A DNA stretch of 64,000 nt from Felis catus (lineage: Eukaryota): the NCBI RefSeq assembly GCF_018350175.1, contig NC_058383.1:30010001-30074000 (forward strand), written 5' to 3'. Below, one piece after another: positions 24,423 to 37,153 of this stretch (its first letter is position 1; each line of letters opens with the position of its first letter). A program made the translations under genes and the position numbers. The notes under the pieces were generated by a model that saw only the letters and a list, made by a program, of their open reading frames with translations, did not search any database and had not been told where the DNA came from.

Positions 24423-25874
24423 TAGTATCTTAGAATTTTAATATCCAGCAGATCAAGATGCCCTCAATGTTGTCTCTCCCATGTCTTCCCCAAATATCTT
24501 GGTCAGTCTTATCCATTTATATTTTCAATAAATTTTAGAATAGTTTTATGAAATTATGAAACAATCCCTTTCAGAATCCTGATTTACCTTGAATTAAATG
24601 TGTTAGTGGATCTTAGAAGAAGTGATATTTTAATAATTATTAGTATTAATAATATTAAGTTTTCCTATTTAGGAAAATGGCATTTTGAGCTCTTCAGATC
24701 TTCATGTATAACCTCCAGCTACGATTGCTTGTGTGTGTGTATGTGTGTGTGTGTGTGTGCGTGCATGCGTGTGTGTTGACCTTTAGTTCCAGTGTTTTCT
24801 TTTTCGTGTGTTAATTATTGCTACTGTAAATCTCCTTTTCTTTATATTTTCTAATTCCTTTGTTTCATATATAGGAAAAATGTAGACATACTGATTTTGC
24901 AACTCATTACCTACAGAACATACTTATTATTTCCTTTTTTTTCAGCCATTTTTTTTTTCTAAGTAGTCACTTCTATCGTACGGAAGAAGCAATGAATTTC
25001 CTTACTCTTTTATTTCCCATGACCCATTGGCTAGACTAAACTATCTAGCACATCAATAAATAAAAGCCTGCTAGTCTTATTATTAATGTTAATGGAACTA
25101 TCTCCTTATATGATGGTGACCATTGACTTAAGACAATTAAAAATTGTGTTGAAGGACTTTAATCTGTTTCTAGTTGCATTAAGCTCTTGTTGGTAATTTA
25201 ATGAGTGCCAACCTTTTCAAATGCCAACTGTTGCTTACTAGGATGATTTTATCATTGCCTCATACACTAATAACAACTTGGAGATTTAGTGCAGATTATT
25301 GGGTCATAATCTCTCCTTCTCAAATCTTGATGATATGGAATAAAAGTTTGAGACCAGTTTGATGTTTCAGTCTTTCTAGGTAAACCATTTGTAAGCTGTT
25401 TTGTTTTGTTGTTCTGCCTGGCTACATATAGGATTTTAAGAATGTGTCCTTGAGATTCTAAAACTTTATCGTATTATTTCCTAGATGGTGTCCTTGTGTT
25501 TAGAGACTCGGGTCATTCATAAATCTGGAAGGTGTTTTGTTATTTTATCTTTTTTGTTATTTTATCTTATTATTGCTTTTGTTCTGTTCTTTCATGATTG
25601 CTTTTTTGGAAACCTCATGTAGTGGTATGATGAATCTCTGTGCTTGGTCCTAACATCTGTCATCTTATGTCTTACTCTTTCATTTCTTTGTTCCATTACA
25701 CTACATTCTGAACCTGTTTTGTTTGTGTAACACATCACTGGTTAGCTTCTCTAGTCTTCTGCCTTGCTTTTAGTGTATGGTTTAATTTTGCAGCTACATT
25801 TTGTATTTCCTTGCAAGGTTGCTGTATCTTACCAGAACCTTTTTTTCTCTTTTCTTTCACCCAACCCCTCCCCC

Positions 25875-26096
25875 TTTTTAATGTTTATTTATTTTTGAGA
25901 GAGAGGGACAGAGACAGAGACAGACAACAGGGGAGGGGCAGAGAGAGAGAGAGAGAGGGAGACACAGAATCCAAAGCAGGGTCCAGGCTCTGAGCTGTCA
26001 GCACAGAGCCTGATGAGGGGCTTGAACTCATGAACGGTGAGATCATGCCCTGAGCTAAAGTCAGACGCTTAACTGACGGAGCCACCCAGACGCCCC
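25875..26096 (-). mobile_element. Can-SINE (SINEC_Fc type)
   Basis: reverse head; TCACCCAA repeated on both flanks. Confidence 0.93.
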
Positions 26097-28279
26097 TCAC
26101 CCAATTCCTTTTTATAACATTATCATATATATATATTTTTCCCTTGGACATGCTTCATCAATCAAATATTTTATTCCCATCACTAAACTTTGAATTAATA
26201 AGTCCTTTTCAGATTCTAAAAGTAATATATATTTTCTGCAGAATGTTTAGAAATACAGAAAAGTATACAGAATATAAAAATGACCATTTGTTCCATTGGC
26301 CAGAAAAAAAAATCACTGCTAATATAATGGACTATTTCCTTTTAGTCAAAATTTGTATTTCTTTAGTATACATTTTTAAACTTTTATTTTGAAATGACTA
26401 TAGATTCAAGTAGAATCCCATGAACACTTCATCCTTCTTCCCCACACTGGTGTCCTCTTGTAGGACTTAAGCATAGTATCAACCCTAGGAAGTTGACATT
26501 GGTAAAATACTCTTTCCTAGACAATTGATCTTATTAACTTTTCACCATTTCTTTTCATGAATTTATTTGCATATTTGTGTATGTGTTCTGTGCACTGTTA
26601 TCCCCTGTATATATTCATGGAACCAAAAAGGAACTCCCTTATACTATCTCCCTTATACTGTCTCCTTCTGTTCACCCCTGCACCCCATCTTTATCCCTTG
26701 GCAAACACTAATCTGCTTCCATGTCTATAGTTTTGTCATTTCAAGAATGTTACATCCTACATGGAGTCATACAGATACAACCTTTTGGGATTGATTCATT
26801 TTACTCTGCATAATTCCCTTGAGATCCATCCAGGATGTTGCATGTATTAATGCATGGATGGACCAGAGTTTGGTATAACCACCTACCCACTGAAGGACAT
26901 CTGAGTTTTTTCCAGTTTTCTCCTGTTATGAATAAAGCTGCTATGAACATTCAGGTACAGATTGGGCTTCTTTGGCATTCACTGTTTTTAAATCCCATTT
27001 TTAAAATATAGCATTCGATTGTAGCATTTCTCCCATGTTATTATTTAGTCTTTGAAAACATGGTTTTTAATGGCTGAATGATATTCTACCATATGGATGT
27101 ACTTCACTTTATATAGGCATTTCCCTATAAGCTCATGTTGCCTTGAATTTTATCGAGAGCATACCAGATGCTTTTTTAAATTTTCTTTTCTTGTTCAGTA
27201 AATCTTTCTAAAATTTGTGCACTTTCTATGCATTTTGAGTGCAATGTTCCATGTGTTTTGTGATAGGAACTTGTTTCATTGGTGCCACATTGTTGGGTTT
27301 TTATGCGTCTTCCATTTTCTCAGAAATGAAGAGAGGCTTAGGTAGGCCTGGAGTGTGCTGATCGACAGTGGGGGTGAATTTTCCTCTCTATGCCTGACTG
27401 TCTACCTGGGTCCTGTTGGACCTTGCTCCCTCAGCCCTTTTGCTGGACAGCTGACAAATGTACCCTGTTGCCAACCATGTTGATGAAGCTGTATATTGAG
27501 TGTGGGCGAAGAAAAGTCTCTGCTCCACTGACGTTGCGGTGGGAAGTTGTGCACGGACTGTTGAATATGGTATGTAGCCCTTACCTTGACGGAAGCAGCG
27601 CATTAAGCATTGCCCGCAGCTCACTGTTCCTACCCATGTCTCCCTCCCTGACTCCTCTCCAGAGCTCAGATCTTATGTCCCAGGTGGCAGTAAACAACTT
27701 CTGTGCTTACTCTTTGCTTCCTGCACCGTGTGCAATTCCAGCCACCATGGCCTCTAAGAGAATATAATAGAAAAGGCAGTATTGGGGCGATACAGGTCAA
27801 TGATGGAGTCATGACCTCATCAGAATGTCCCTCCTGCGTATTGGGGCCCCATGTGTCTCAAATGTCAGGGTTAGGGAAAATCCATTACCTTTTTTCTTTT
27901 TCCTTGATCTTGTTGTTTGGCCTCAGATGGGCAAGAGTGAATTCTTCATGGTAATTCTTCTGGGGTCTGGCCAGTGCTTTTGCAACCATGTGTTTGGGTG
28001 TGGCTTGAAATCATTTTAACAGAAAGGAAGTTCTGCAAACAGCAGGTGTCTCTCGATTTCCACCCTCATTACCCAGAAGTCTGTAATTGCTTTGTGATCT
28101 AAGAGAATGGTACTGGGGGCAGTGTCTTATTCTCCTCCAAATGATGATGACTGTCATTTCTGAAACTCTTCATTGTTTAAAAAGCACTTTATATGCATTA
28201 TCTCAGCTCATTCATCCAACTTCTGAGCACCTGTTATATACCCAGCTTTGGGGACACCGAGTGAGTGACATGTATTTTT

Positions 28280-28790
28280 TTTGTCTTTTTTGTTTAAAAC
28301 CCCTCGATGGCTTCACATCGCACTTAGAATAAAACTTCCCTTCCAGACCCTCACTACAGGAGCTGACCCTTGCTGTCTCTTCAACTTCCTGGCTTCTCAT
28401 TCCACCCAACCCTATTTCTCGCTAACCCCACAGGTCTCTGGCTGTGTCTCAAATGGGCTCCTTCCCACCTCAGAATGTGCCGTTTCTTTTGCCTGGAATT
28501 CTCTTTATTCATAGTCCTATAACTTGCCACTTCTTGTCATTCAAATCTCAACTCAAATGTCACCTCCTAGAGAGGTCAGAACATTCTGCTTTGAATTTTC
28601 TAATATTGGAACAAAGGCATTCTCCCTCAACCCAATCATTGCTTGTGTTATCTTCAATTAATCAATTCATTGATCAGGAATTAGGGAGTACCCACTATGA
28701 GTCAGGCACTGTGCTAGGCATTGAGCGGGCAGTGGTGACCAGCTTAACATGGACCCTGACTCTTTGGAGTGTACATTCTTTTGGGAGTTG
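28280..28790. mobile_element. L2 fragments in both orientations
   Basis: CACTTAGAATAAAA..TCTCAACTCAAATGTCACCTCC (+); CACTATGAGTCAGGCACTGTGCTAGGC (-). Confidence 0.65.
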
Positions 28791-29488
28791 GCAGTCTTCA
28801 AACAGACTAGACCTTGGTGGAGGATGGGCGGAAGAGGTGAGACAAGATGATGTCAGCCTAGGAAGAAAGCTGTGATGCTCTCAAATCCCCTGCCAGGAAC
28901 TCTCATTTGTTTCTGCCCTTTGGTTTCTAATCTGCTCATTTATGAGCTCAGATTCTGAAGGAAAAAGGATTAATTTTCAAAGTGACCCGAAGGCTCTCCA
29001 AGAGCACCATTAACCATACCTATTTAGGAACCTGGCCCACCTCCCAGCTCTAATTCCAGGAGTGATTCACCCTATTTAAGTGAGGACACAGAGGCCCGAG
29101 CACACTGGCCCCAGTGTTTGCCCACAGAATGTTCCCTCGGAAGCTCTGTTTGACTTTTGCTTTTCCCTTCCTTGTAAGGAAATTGACTAGGCCTCGTTGT
29201 CATGGTGACACGGATGCTGAGGACCTTGCTCTGAGGAGGAGACGTTTTTCTTTGTTCTTCCTTCTCAGTGGAGGAGGGGTGAGATGGGTAGGGCCAAAAG
29301 TGGGGTCTGGAATCCAAAATAGCCAGGTATGTGATTCCACATGCCACTAGCTCTGGTGTAAAATCCCAACCCTGGCACGAATAAGCTGTTCGATCCCAAC
29401 AGGTTGCTTAACCCTTGTTAGCCTCACTGTCCTCAAATTTGGGAATAATAAAGAGCTTTGTTTCACAAGAACTCCAAAAAATTAATGA

Positions 29489-29710
29489 GGGGCACCTGGG
29501 TGGCTCAGTCGGTTGAACATCCAACTTCAGCACAGGTCATGATCTCACAGTTTGTAAGTTCGAGCCCCAAGTGGGGCTCTGTGCTGAGAGCTTGGAGCCT
29601 GGAGCCCGCTTTGGATTCTGTGTCTCCCTCTGTCCCTCCCCTGCTTGCTCACTCTTGCTCGCTCTCACTCTTTCTCTCTCTCTCTCTCTCAAATATTAAA
29701 AAAAAAAAGA
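29489..29710 (+). mobile_element. Can-SINE inserted in a MIR
   Basis: GGGGCACCTGGGTGGCTCAGTCGG head, (CT)n, poly-A. Confidence 0.94.
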
Positions 29711-29820
29711 AATGAAGTTATTCCTTTAAGTATTAGGATAGTATCTGTCACACAGCAAGGCAATCAATGTTTGCAAATATTACTTTTATGGCTCCTGTCA
29801 CCATCATCATCATCTTAAAA

Positions 29821-30028
29821 TTTTTTTTAATGTTTATTTATTTTTGAGAGTGAGAGACAGAGTGCAAGTGGGGAGGGGCAGAGAGAGAGGGAGACACAGA
29901 ATCGGAACCAGGTTCCAGGCTCCGAGCTGTCGGCACAGAGCCTGATACAGGCCTCAAACTTTTGAACCACAAGATCATGACCTGAGCCAAAGTCGGACGC
30001 TTAACCAACGGAGCCACTCAGGAGCCCC
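29821..30028 (-). mobile_element. Can-SINE
   Basis: reverse head; both flanks carry (CAT)n, consistent with a TSD. Confidence 0.94.
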
Positions 30029-30506
30029 ATCATCATCATCATCATCATCCTGTCTGATAGATTCCCAGTAGCATCTTTGTAGAGGGGAGAACCATGGTAT
30101 ACAACAAAGAGAACTGAGTTCAAATCCTGACTCTACCATCTACGAACAAATCTAATGTATCTGTTTTGGTTTCCTTATCTATAAAATGGAGACAATGAAA
30201 TCTCTTTTTCAGAGTTATTTTAAGTTTCAATGAACTTACTTCACTGAAAGTATTCACATAAGCACTTACTACAAATTAGTTGAACCTGAATTTGAATACA
30301 GATGTTGCAACAATATAGCCTTTGGGTTTAGGATGTCTTTCACTGCTAAAAGTTGAAAAGGGCTTACTTAATAATTAAAGAAAAATGGGAACCCACATTT
30401 CCCTCCTCCAGATGGTGAAAAACAGACAATATCTTACAACCTGTTTGAAATAACAGTTAATCCTATGTTACCTTCTCTGACAGTCTGATATTATCATTGC
30501 CACATC

Positions 30507-30511
<5 letters not shown>

Positions 30512-30544
<33 letters not shown>
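30512..30544. repeat. Poly(A)33 tract
   Basis: direct reading. Confidence 0.97.
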
Positions 30545-30545
<1 letters not shown>

Positions 30546-32183
30546 AGTTCCAGAAAATAATCTTCCTCATTTTATAAATGGGCAAATTCAAAGCAGTGGA
30601 GGAAAACTCACTTGGCAGTAAGTCTTAAATTATTTCAACATAAAAAAATTGTAAACCAAATTAATAGATGTCAGTCTGCTACCTGGGCATTGACTCCTGG
30701 TTGCAAGTGATTCAGTGAGGTTCAGAAATCCAATGAGTTTCAGAAAAATGAAGTATTGGGATGACCCAGGGCAGCTCAGAGAGTAATGTGACTGGGCCTC
30801 AGGTCCAACTGGAACCCAGCATTGAATACTCTTAATATGACCTCCTCTCTCATTCCACCTCCTTTCTGAGTGGTCATTCCCTTTCTCTCTCCCCAAAACT
30901 GGTCTTCTCCAATTCTTACCAAGACCTCTTACACTTTACCATTTTACAGTTCTAAAGACAGATGGGATTTCTTGCTCCCTTCCAGATCCCCAGTTCTTGG
31001 GGAAGGGATCTGACTGGATTAGATGCTTATCCATGGTCCATGTAGAGTCAACTCTGTTCAGGAGTGGGGTAACATTTTTCTAATGTGGCAGCTTCTAGGA
31101 TAGCCCTTTGGATGGAGTGAAGAAAGATGATAAAGGATGTCTAGGCAGATACTCAGCTTGGGGGCGAGGAGGGTCTATGGTACAAGACCAAGGAGTGAAA
31201 TGTTGTTATTCCAGTGTGACTTGGCAGATACACCTGCTGTTCAGGAGCTTTCCATAGAACCAGAGAGGCATTGTTTACCCATTACCAGTTGTTCATCTCT
31301 GAGGCCTGACTGTTAGTGTGTTGGGCACTCAGACTTGGCTGCAGGCTGGAGCAAGCTGAGAAGGAGAAGAGGGGTGATTGACACCTACGTATATCTGTTC
31401 TAAGTCTTGCTCTGGCGCTTGATATGCACACATTTCATTCAGCTCTTACTCCCACTTTGCTGACTTGGAAACTGAGGTTCAGAGAAGTGAGGTGACTTTG
31501 CTCAAAGGCACCGTGGTAATCAGTGGTGAAAACACATTCTGCAAGTTGTGCAATTTCCCAAACCTTTATCGCTCTGAAATCAAATACCTGGTCTTCTTCC
31601 AAATTCTGCCAAGCCTTTGGTTCCACTCTGGCCTCGGGGGTGCTTGCCAACATCTCTGAGTCAGTCAAACCATCCCTGAAAGCATAAAAAATGCAACCAA
31701 CCCAGCACTAAATGATTCATGGGACCCAACATACATATTTATAGGCTGTATCCAAGAGGGAACTACACTCGAGGCTCTCTTGTTCACACCCCCACGCATC
31801 TGCACGCCTGTATCAGGCACTTGGAAGAACCAAAGACCCTGCCACTTATTCACCCACACGTGTCTGTGATGGGGTTTGAACTCTCAATGAACCACTGCCA
31901 ACCCACGGAGCCAAGCTCTAAGTGCCCATCTGCGGAGGTAGAGTTCCGAAATGAGAATTCTGCTCCTGGCCGCCACTAAACATTCTTCTATGAGTTCTTT
32001 CTGTGAGCTCTATCTCCAGCTCGATGCACAAGCCACTCTCTTCTCTTAGAGGTGGGAGGAGGGCATGTCAGCAATACAGTCACACAGACCTAGGTTGGAG
32101 GATCTGCTCTGGCTGACTCTGACCTTGGGCATGTCTCTTAATCTCTTTGAGACGTAATGTCTGCTCTTTAAAAGGGAGCTACT

Positions 32184-32378
32184 GGGGCACCTCGGTGACT
32201 CAGTCGGTTGAGTGATTAACTCTTGATTTTGGCTCAGATCACGATCCCAGGGTGGTAGGATCGAGCCCTGCGCTGGGGTCCGTGCTGAGTATGGAGCCTG
32301 CTTGGGATTCTCTTTCTCCCTCTCCTCCTCTCCCCTGCTTGCTCTCTCTCTCAAAAAAGTTACAACTAAAATAAAGTA
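32184..32378 (+). mobile_element. Can-SINE (older subfamily) inserted in a MIR
   Basis: GGGGCACCTCGGTGACTCAGTCGG head with CTCTTGATTTTGGCTCAG. Confidence 0.9.
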
Positions 32379-32579
32379 GAGCTGTTAATAACCCTCACCA
32401 TGGGACAGTTATCATGGAGAAAGTGTGGGCAGGGCTTAAAGAAACATACAAAGCATAGTGAGTGCCCCTGGGGTAATAACAGAAGGCAACCAGAACCATC
32501 CCAGAGCTTAAAAGGTAAGAGAAAGAGGTGGTAACTGGTACCCAGAGAAGGCACTGGTATGCACAGGGCTCAAGACAGT

Positions 32580-32825
32580 AGTCTTCAGCAGGGTGATGCA
32601 GTCAGCTCACTCATAGTGACCACGCAGGGAGGGAGCCCAGGAAAGAAATATTCGGACCATTCTCCACTCCTTCCCTCCACCTTAATTCTCCTGATGCCTC
32701 CCTTTGGTTGAATCCATCTAGAAGCGAAGGTTGAGAGGATCCATGCAGTAGTAGGGGGGTAAACCTGGTGGGACAATGGAAGAGATCCGACTCAAGTACC
32801 AAGAGGAGGGATGGAGGTACACAAA
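32580..32825 (-). mobile_element. ERVL LTR fragment (LTR33/LTR16-like)
   Basis: CTCCTGATGCCTCCCTTTGGTTGAATCCATCTAGAAGC..ATGCAGT motif. Confidence 0.55.
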
Positions 32826-34859
32826 GTGCTTCATCACGGTGCTTACATGTGTTACGTGCTTCATAAATAGTGGCCCTGATTATTTAATAAAGTGTGCAGA
32901 GCTAGAGATCTACCATCTTGGGATTCTTTCCCACTTCAGTTTTGACATCCAATTTTATAGACAACTTGGGGGAAAACAGTTTCCATTCTCCGAGTTCTTG
33001 GCTTTGTGGATTTGCAGATCCTGACACCCTGGCAGTGACCTGTGGCACATTCTACGTTTCATCTCAGGGAAGGCATACATTCATTCATTCGTTGGTTTAT
33101 TCCACAATGATTTACTCAGCACCTCTGTGCACCAGGCACTGTTCAGGGCACTGAGCCCACGGTGGTGGATGGACACTTAGTCTTATAGTGTTGACAGGGT
33201 GGCAGAGGGTAGGGGCACATAAATGATCAATTAGAAACAGTGTCTGTGTGATGAGAGTGGGGGGTGGAGGAGAAGGACAGGTGGTTGTAGTAACCCTGGT
33301 AGATATACCTCCATGGCACAATTAGGGCTCCAGTCTGCCATTTTCACTGCTAAACCACTGAAAATGAATATTTGGGGATTAGCAAAGAGGAGAAGCTTTT
33401 CACAAAGAATGATCAGTCTTTAAATGCAAAGGTTTGAGGATTAACAAAAGCAGTAGCCAGCCCCAACTTTGGTGTCTTTCCAACTCTTTGGTGTCTTTCC
33501 AACTTTGTGGTGGGGCGTGTGTTGAAATGAACAAGGTTAGGGTCGTTTCTAATTGCTTATAGGAAAAAGGCTCTTGTTTATGTGCTGAGCACATTCTTTT
33601 CCAACTAATTAGCTCCACAAAGCCGAACAGAGAGTCGTTTCTGACCCTCCCCAGGCAATTAAGCAGAAGTGTTTTATCCTGTCTACAGCCCTTCCAACCG
33701 CCTTCTCAGTTTTCACTGCCAAGGAGAGGTGTATACGGGATGGACACACATATAGCTCCTTTAGCAGAGGAATCACAGCAGTGGTAGGAGCCCTAGTCCT
33801 GAGGTTCCCCTTGGTCTGTCCTCAGCCTCATAAAGCAACTGGGATAGGAGTCTGACTTGGTTTGTTCCAGAAGATGGCCAGCCTAGTGTGGTAGAAAGAG
33901 CCCAGGTTAAAAATAGCAAGACCCTGTAATGTCTCCTCCTCTGTTATCCGGGGGCAGGAGAGGCTAAATGGAAATGGCCACTTGTCCTGAAATAGATGCA
34001 CAGAGTCCCAGGTTCCTCAGCAGTGAGCACAGAGCAGAGAGCAGAGAGATGCTGGCAGGGTGGGGGAACCCCTGGGCATCTCCCTGTTCCCCAAGCCCTG
34101 AGAAAGCAGAACCAAATGAACATGCAAATGTTCACGAGAAGCTGAGAGTGACAGAGGCTTGGACTGGCCAGGGCTTTGACCAGAAGGGAAAGAACACTTC
34201 TCAGGGAGTGGTAGTCCAAATAGACAATGGCAGAGAAAAACCCCACTTCTTTTCTTCTCATGATGTCATTCTGGAAGCCCCAGGACTTAGCCACAATCCC
34301 TTGAGAAAGGAGAGGAGGAAGAATCTTGAATAGTCCAAGCTTTACTTTTGTCTGTTTGGTGGAATTGAGACTCACAACAAAAATTAAGGTGTATTAGAGG
34401 GAAAGAAAGAAAACTGCCTTCCTTGTCATTGTTCCCCTTTGGCCACACACACACCAAGCAAAGTATAGGAACTGGGAGTCAGAATTGCTGAGCATAGGGC
34501 TCTAGTCCTAACTGCTGGTTAATAGCTGTGAGAACCCATTTCGCAGATGAGGAAACTGAGGAGCAGAGAAGTTAAGTAAGTGACCAGGGTAAAAGACTGA
34601 TCAGGTTGGTTTTGTCCCTAAATCCTCTTATTTTAATAGACACGACTCTGTCCTCGGAGATGAATATATGTGCATTCATGCATTGGAGAGTTCTATGTGA
34701 CATACGATGTAGATGGTGACCAAGTACTCGTGGGTATGTTGTTATTAACAAATGTTCCAGTGGTATCTCCAAGAGTCAGTTCACTGGGTTTTACAAGAGA
34801 AAAATCACAGCCACGAATTTGGAGCCCCTTTGCTCAGCCCCCATGAAATCAAGGGACCA

Positions 34860-35325
34860 TGTGATCAGTTACAAAATGGCCCCCAGTGATGTCTACATCC
34901 TCATACCCAGAATATGTGAATGTGTTTCCTTCCATGGCAAATGGGACTCTGCTAATGTGATTCAGTTAAGGATCTTGAGATGGAAAGGTTAACCTGGATT
35001 CTCTGAGTGGGCCCAATCGAATCACAAGGGTCCTTAAAAGAGGGAAGCAGGAGGGCCGGGGTCCAAGTCCAGATAGAAATGTGGCAAGGGAAAGAGTAAG
35101 AGAGATTCAGGCCACTAGCCAAAGAATTTGAGCAGCTTCTAGAAGCTGGAAGAGGCAAAGAACCAAATTCTTCCAGAAGGAGGCCCTGCCGACACCTTGG
35201 TTTTAGCCTAGCGAAACTAATTTAGGACTTGTAAATCTCCAGAGCTGTAAAATAATGAATTTGTGTTGTTTTAAGCCAATGAGTTTATGGTAATTTGTTA
35301 CAGCAGCAGTAGGGAACTCTAAAGC
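34860..35325 (+). mobile_element. MaLR solo LTR (MLT1D-like)
   Basis: ATGGCCCCCAGTGATGTC..AGTTAAGGATCTTGAGATGG..TTTGTGTTGTTTTAAGCCA..TTGTTACAGCAGCAGTAGGGAAC. Confidence 0.88.
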
Positions 35326-37082
35326 CTCAGTGGCCCTAGAGGAACATCAGAATCACCTAAGCAGCTTAAGTGCATGTCCCCAAGCCCCAGAAGTGGGATT
35401 CATGAGGCCTGAGTCCAGCCAGTACACCCTCCCCTCCCCAAATCTCTGGGAGCACAGGACTGGGAAGTACTCAAGTTGGGAAATGGAGGCTAAGGATCTA
35501 GAAGGTTCTTTTTTTCAGAAAATGGGTGATGAATTTGGAATCTGTTGGGCAGAACCACTAAACCATAAGTAAGTTATTTATAAAGTCCTCGGTATTAGAC
35601 CCGGAATGGACTTCTAGCTCAGTGCCCACATTTAACAGACCCAGGAATAGATGCACCAGAAGGTCCGGGGTTTCTAGGGGGTGAACTATGGAGTCCAAGT
35701 CGGGACCAGAATCGAGGGCTACAGGATGAATCTTTTTGACCACAGCCATGATCTCTTGTTTGGGGAAGGCAAAGGTGATTTGAAAGAATATTTTTTTTCT
35801 CAGGTCTTCAGACAGCTCAAAGGCAAATTAAAAACCAAGTTTTCCGGTGCAATTTTATGGGTTGTATATTTACATATTCTCTTTTCCTCTTAGTGTGCCT
35901 TCCCATTTTCTCTCTTTCTGCTGGTCTATCTAGTTATCTATTCATCTCCCTGGCTTTTAAAAAAGCTTTCTACTAGTTCTATTTTTGTGAATTCTTATAG
36001 GTCATCTTGGGTTCTGAGAACAACAGAAAAGAGGAATGTATTTTGAAATTCTCTGAGTGGCTTCTCCAGAAATGGGATAAAAGACAGTAAAATCAACTGT
36101 GTACACAAAATAACCATAGGGGATCCTCCCTGAAATACTCAGCAGGCTGGACAGGAGCAGAAAGAATTGTCACACACATTACAGTGGGCCAGAATCCTAA
36201 AATGGGGCACAATTCTCAGCATCCTGCAAGAGTTCACATTTGTGTGAAAGAAAATAAATGGAAGAACTTGAGAATATATGCATGTGCCTATATACATGTA
36301 CATGTGCGTTGGATGTGTGTGTCCATGTGCTCATGTGTGCCTTGGACAGCTAAAAGGATCATTTGAGCGCTCAGCAGAAGAATTCAACGTTATTTGTCTC
36401 TGTGAGGCAACACCGTTCAAGGGCCTAACCGAGGGGGGCTTCCCTAAACATTACTGTAACTCCCAGAAGGAGCCTCCAAACTCCAGGCCTTGGGAGGTGA
36501 AATTGGACGACAGTCCCTGGAACAGAAACCCAGGAAGCTGGGGAATGCCCCTGCTCAACTTAGAAGCCCTTTTATGTGTTTTAAAATATACACAGACAGT
36601 AGAGTCTGTCAAGAACCTGACATGTTCCCCCTGGCAGTTTCCCTTTTTAGTTAAAGAAACTGGTGGCAGGCGGCAGGCGGATGGAAGAGGGACAGAAAGA
36701 ATTTCAGATGAAAACGCTCCCAAACAAAAGAGGATCCTTGATCAGAAATACAGCAGGTCCTTAGAAAATAAGATGGGAAGAAAACCAATGGAATCTAGTG
36801 TTTTAAATGTAGATTCCAATTTGCATTGGGAAGTCCTTTTTTTTTTTTTTCTGAAAAAGGAAAAGAAGGGAGAGAGACAGAGAGGAGGGAATTCGGGAAA
36901 AGGGGCTTTGTAAGGAATTTCCTGTGGGGCCAGGCTGAGACTTCTCAACCTCATCTGCTTCCTCACCTTGCACCTATGGTCGGAGCACGTCCTGGAACTC
37001 GCATGTTATTGCAAGACTATGATTTTACTTGGACTGCTGTCTGCCTTAGAATTTTTTTGCTCTGCTTTTTGCAAGGCAGAAT

Positions 37083-37089
37083 TTCTTTC

Positions 37090-37152
<63 letters not shown>
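37083..37152. repeat. (CTTT)n microsatellite, probably derived from the adjacent L1 tail
   Basis: direct reading; abuts the L1 3' end. Confidence 0.95.

Positions 37153-37153
<1 letters not shown>

Larger units (their letters stand above)
23560..27150 (-). mobile_element. Mosaic of old L1M fragments (ORF2 and 3'UTR remnants, including an L1MB/MC-like 3' end at ~26370-26960)
   Basis: T-rich strand bias; AATTTTAGAATAGTTT and GAATAAAGCTGCTATGAACATTCAGGTACAG motifs. Confidence 0.6.

Noticed and set aside
27300..27770. CpG-containing stretch with an ATG|GTATGT donor-like site as an exon
   Set aside because: CpG density is too low for an island, there is no matching acceptor or recognisable peptide, and it adjoins old L1 remnants, so it may be a decayed L1 5' region.
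33463..33506. Short tandem repeat CCAACT(C)TTTGGTGTCTTT
   Set aside because: About 2.3 copies with no spacers; an ordinary slippage duplication.
36278..36913. 211-aa ORF in unique sequence
   Set aside because: It has no recognisable domain, runs through a TG-rich stretch and a poly-T tract, and has no convincing splice structure. BLASTP or PhyloCSF would be needed to revive it.
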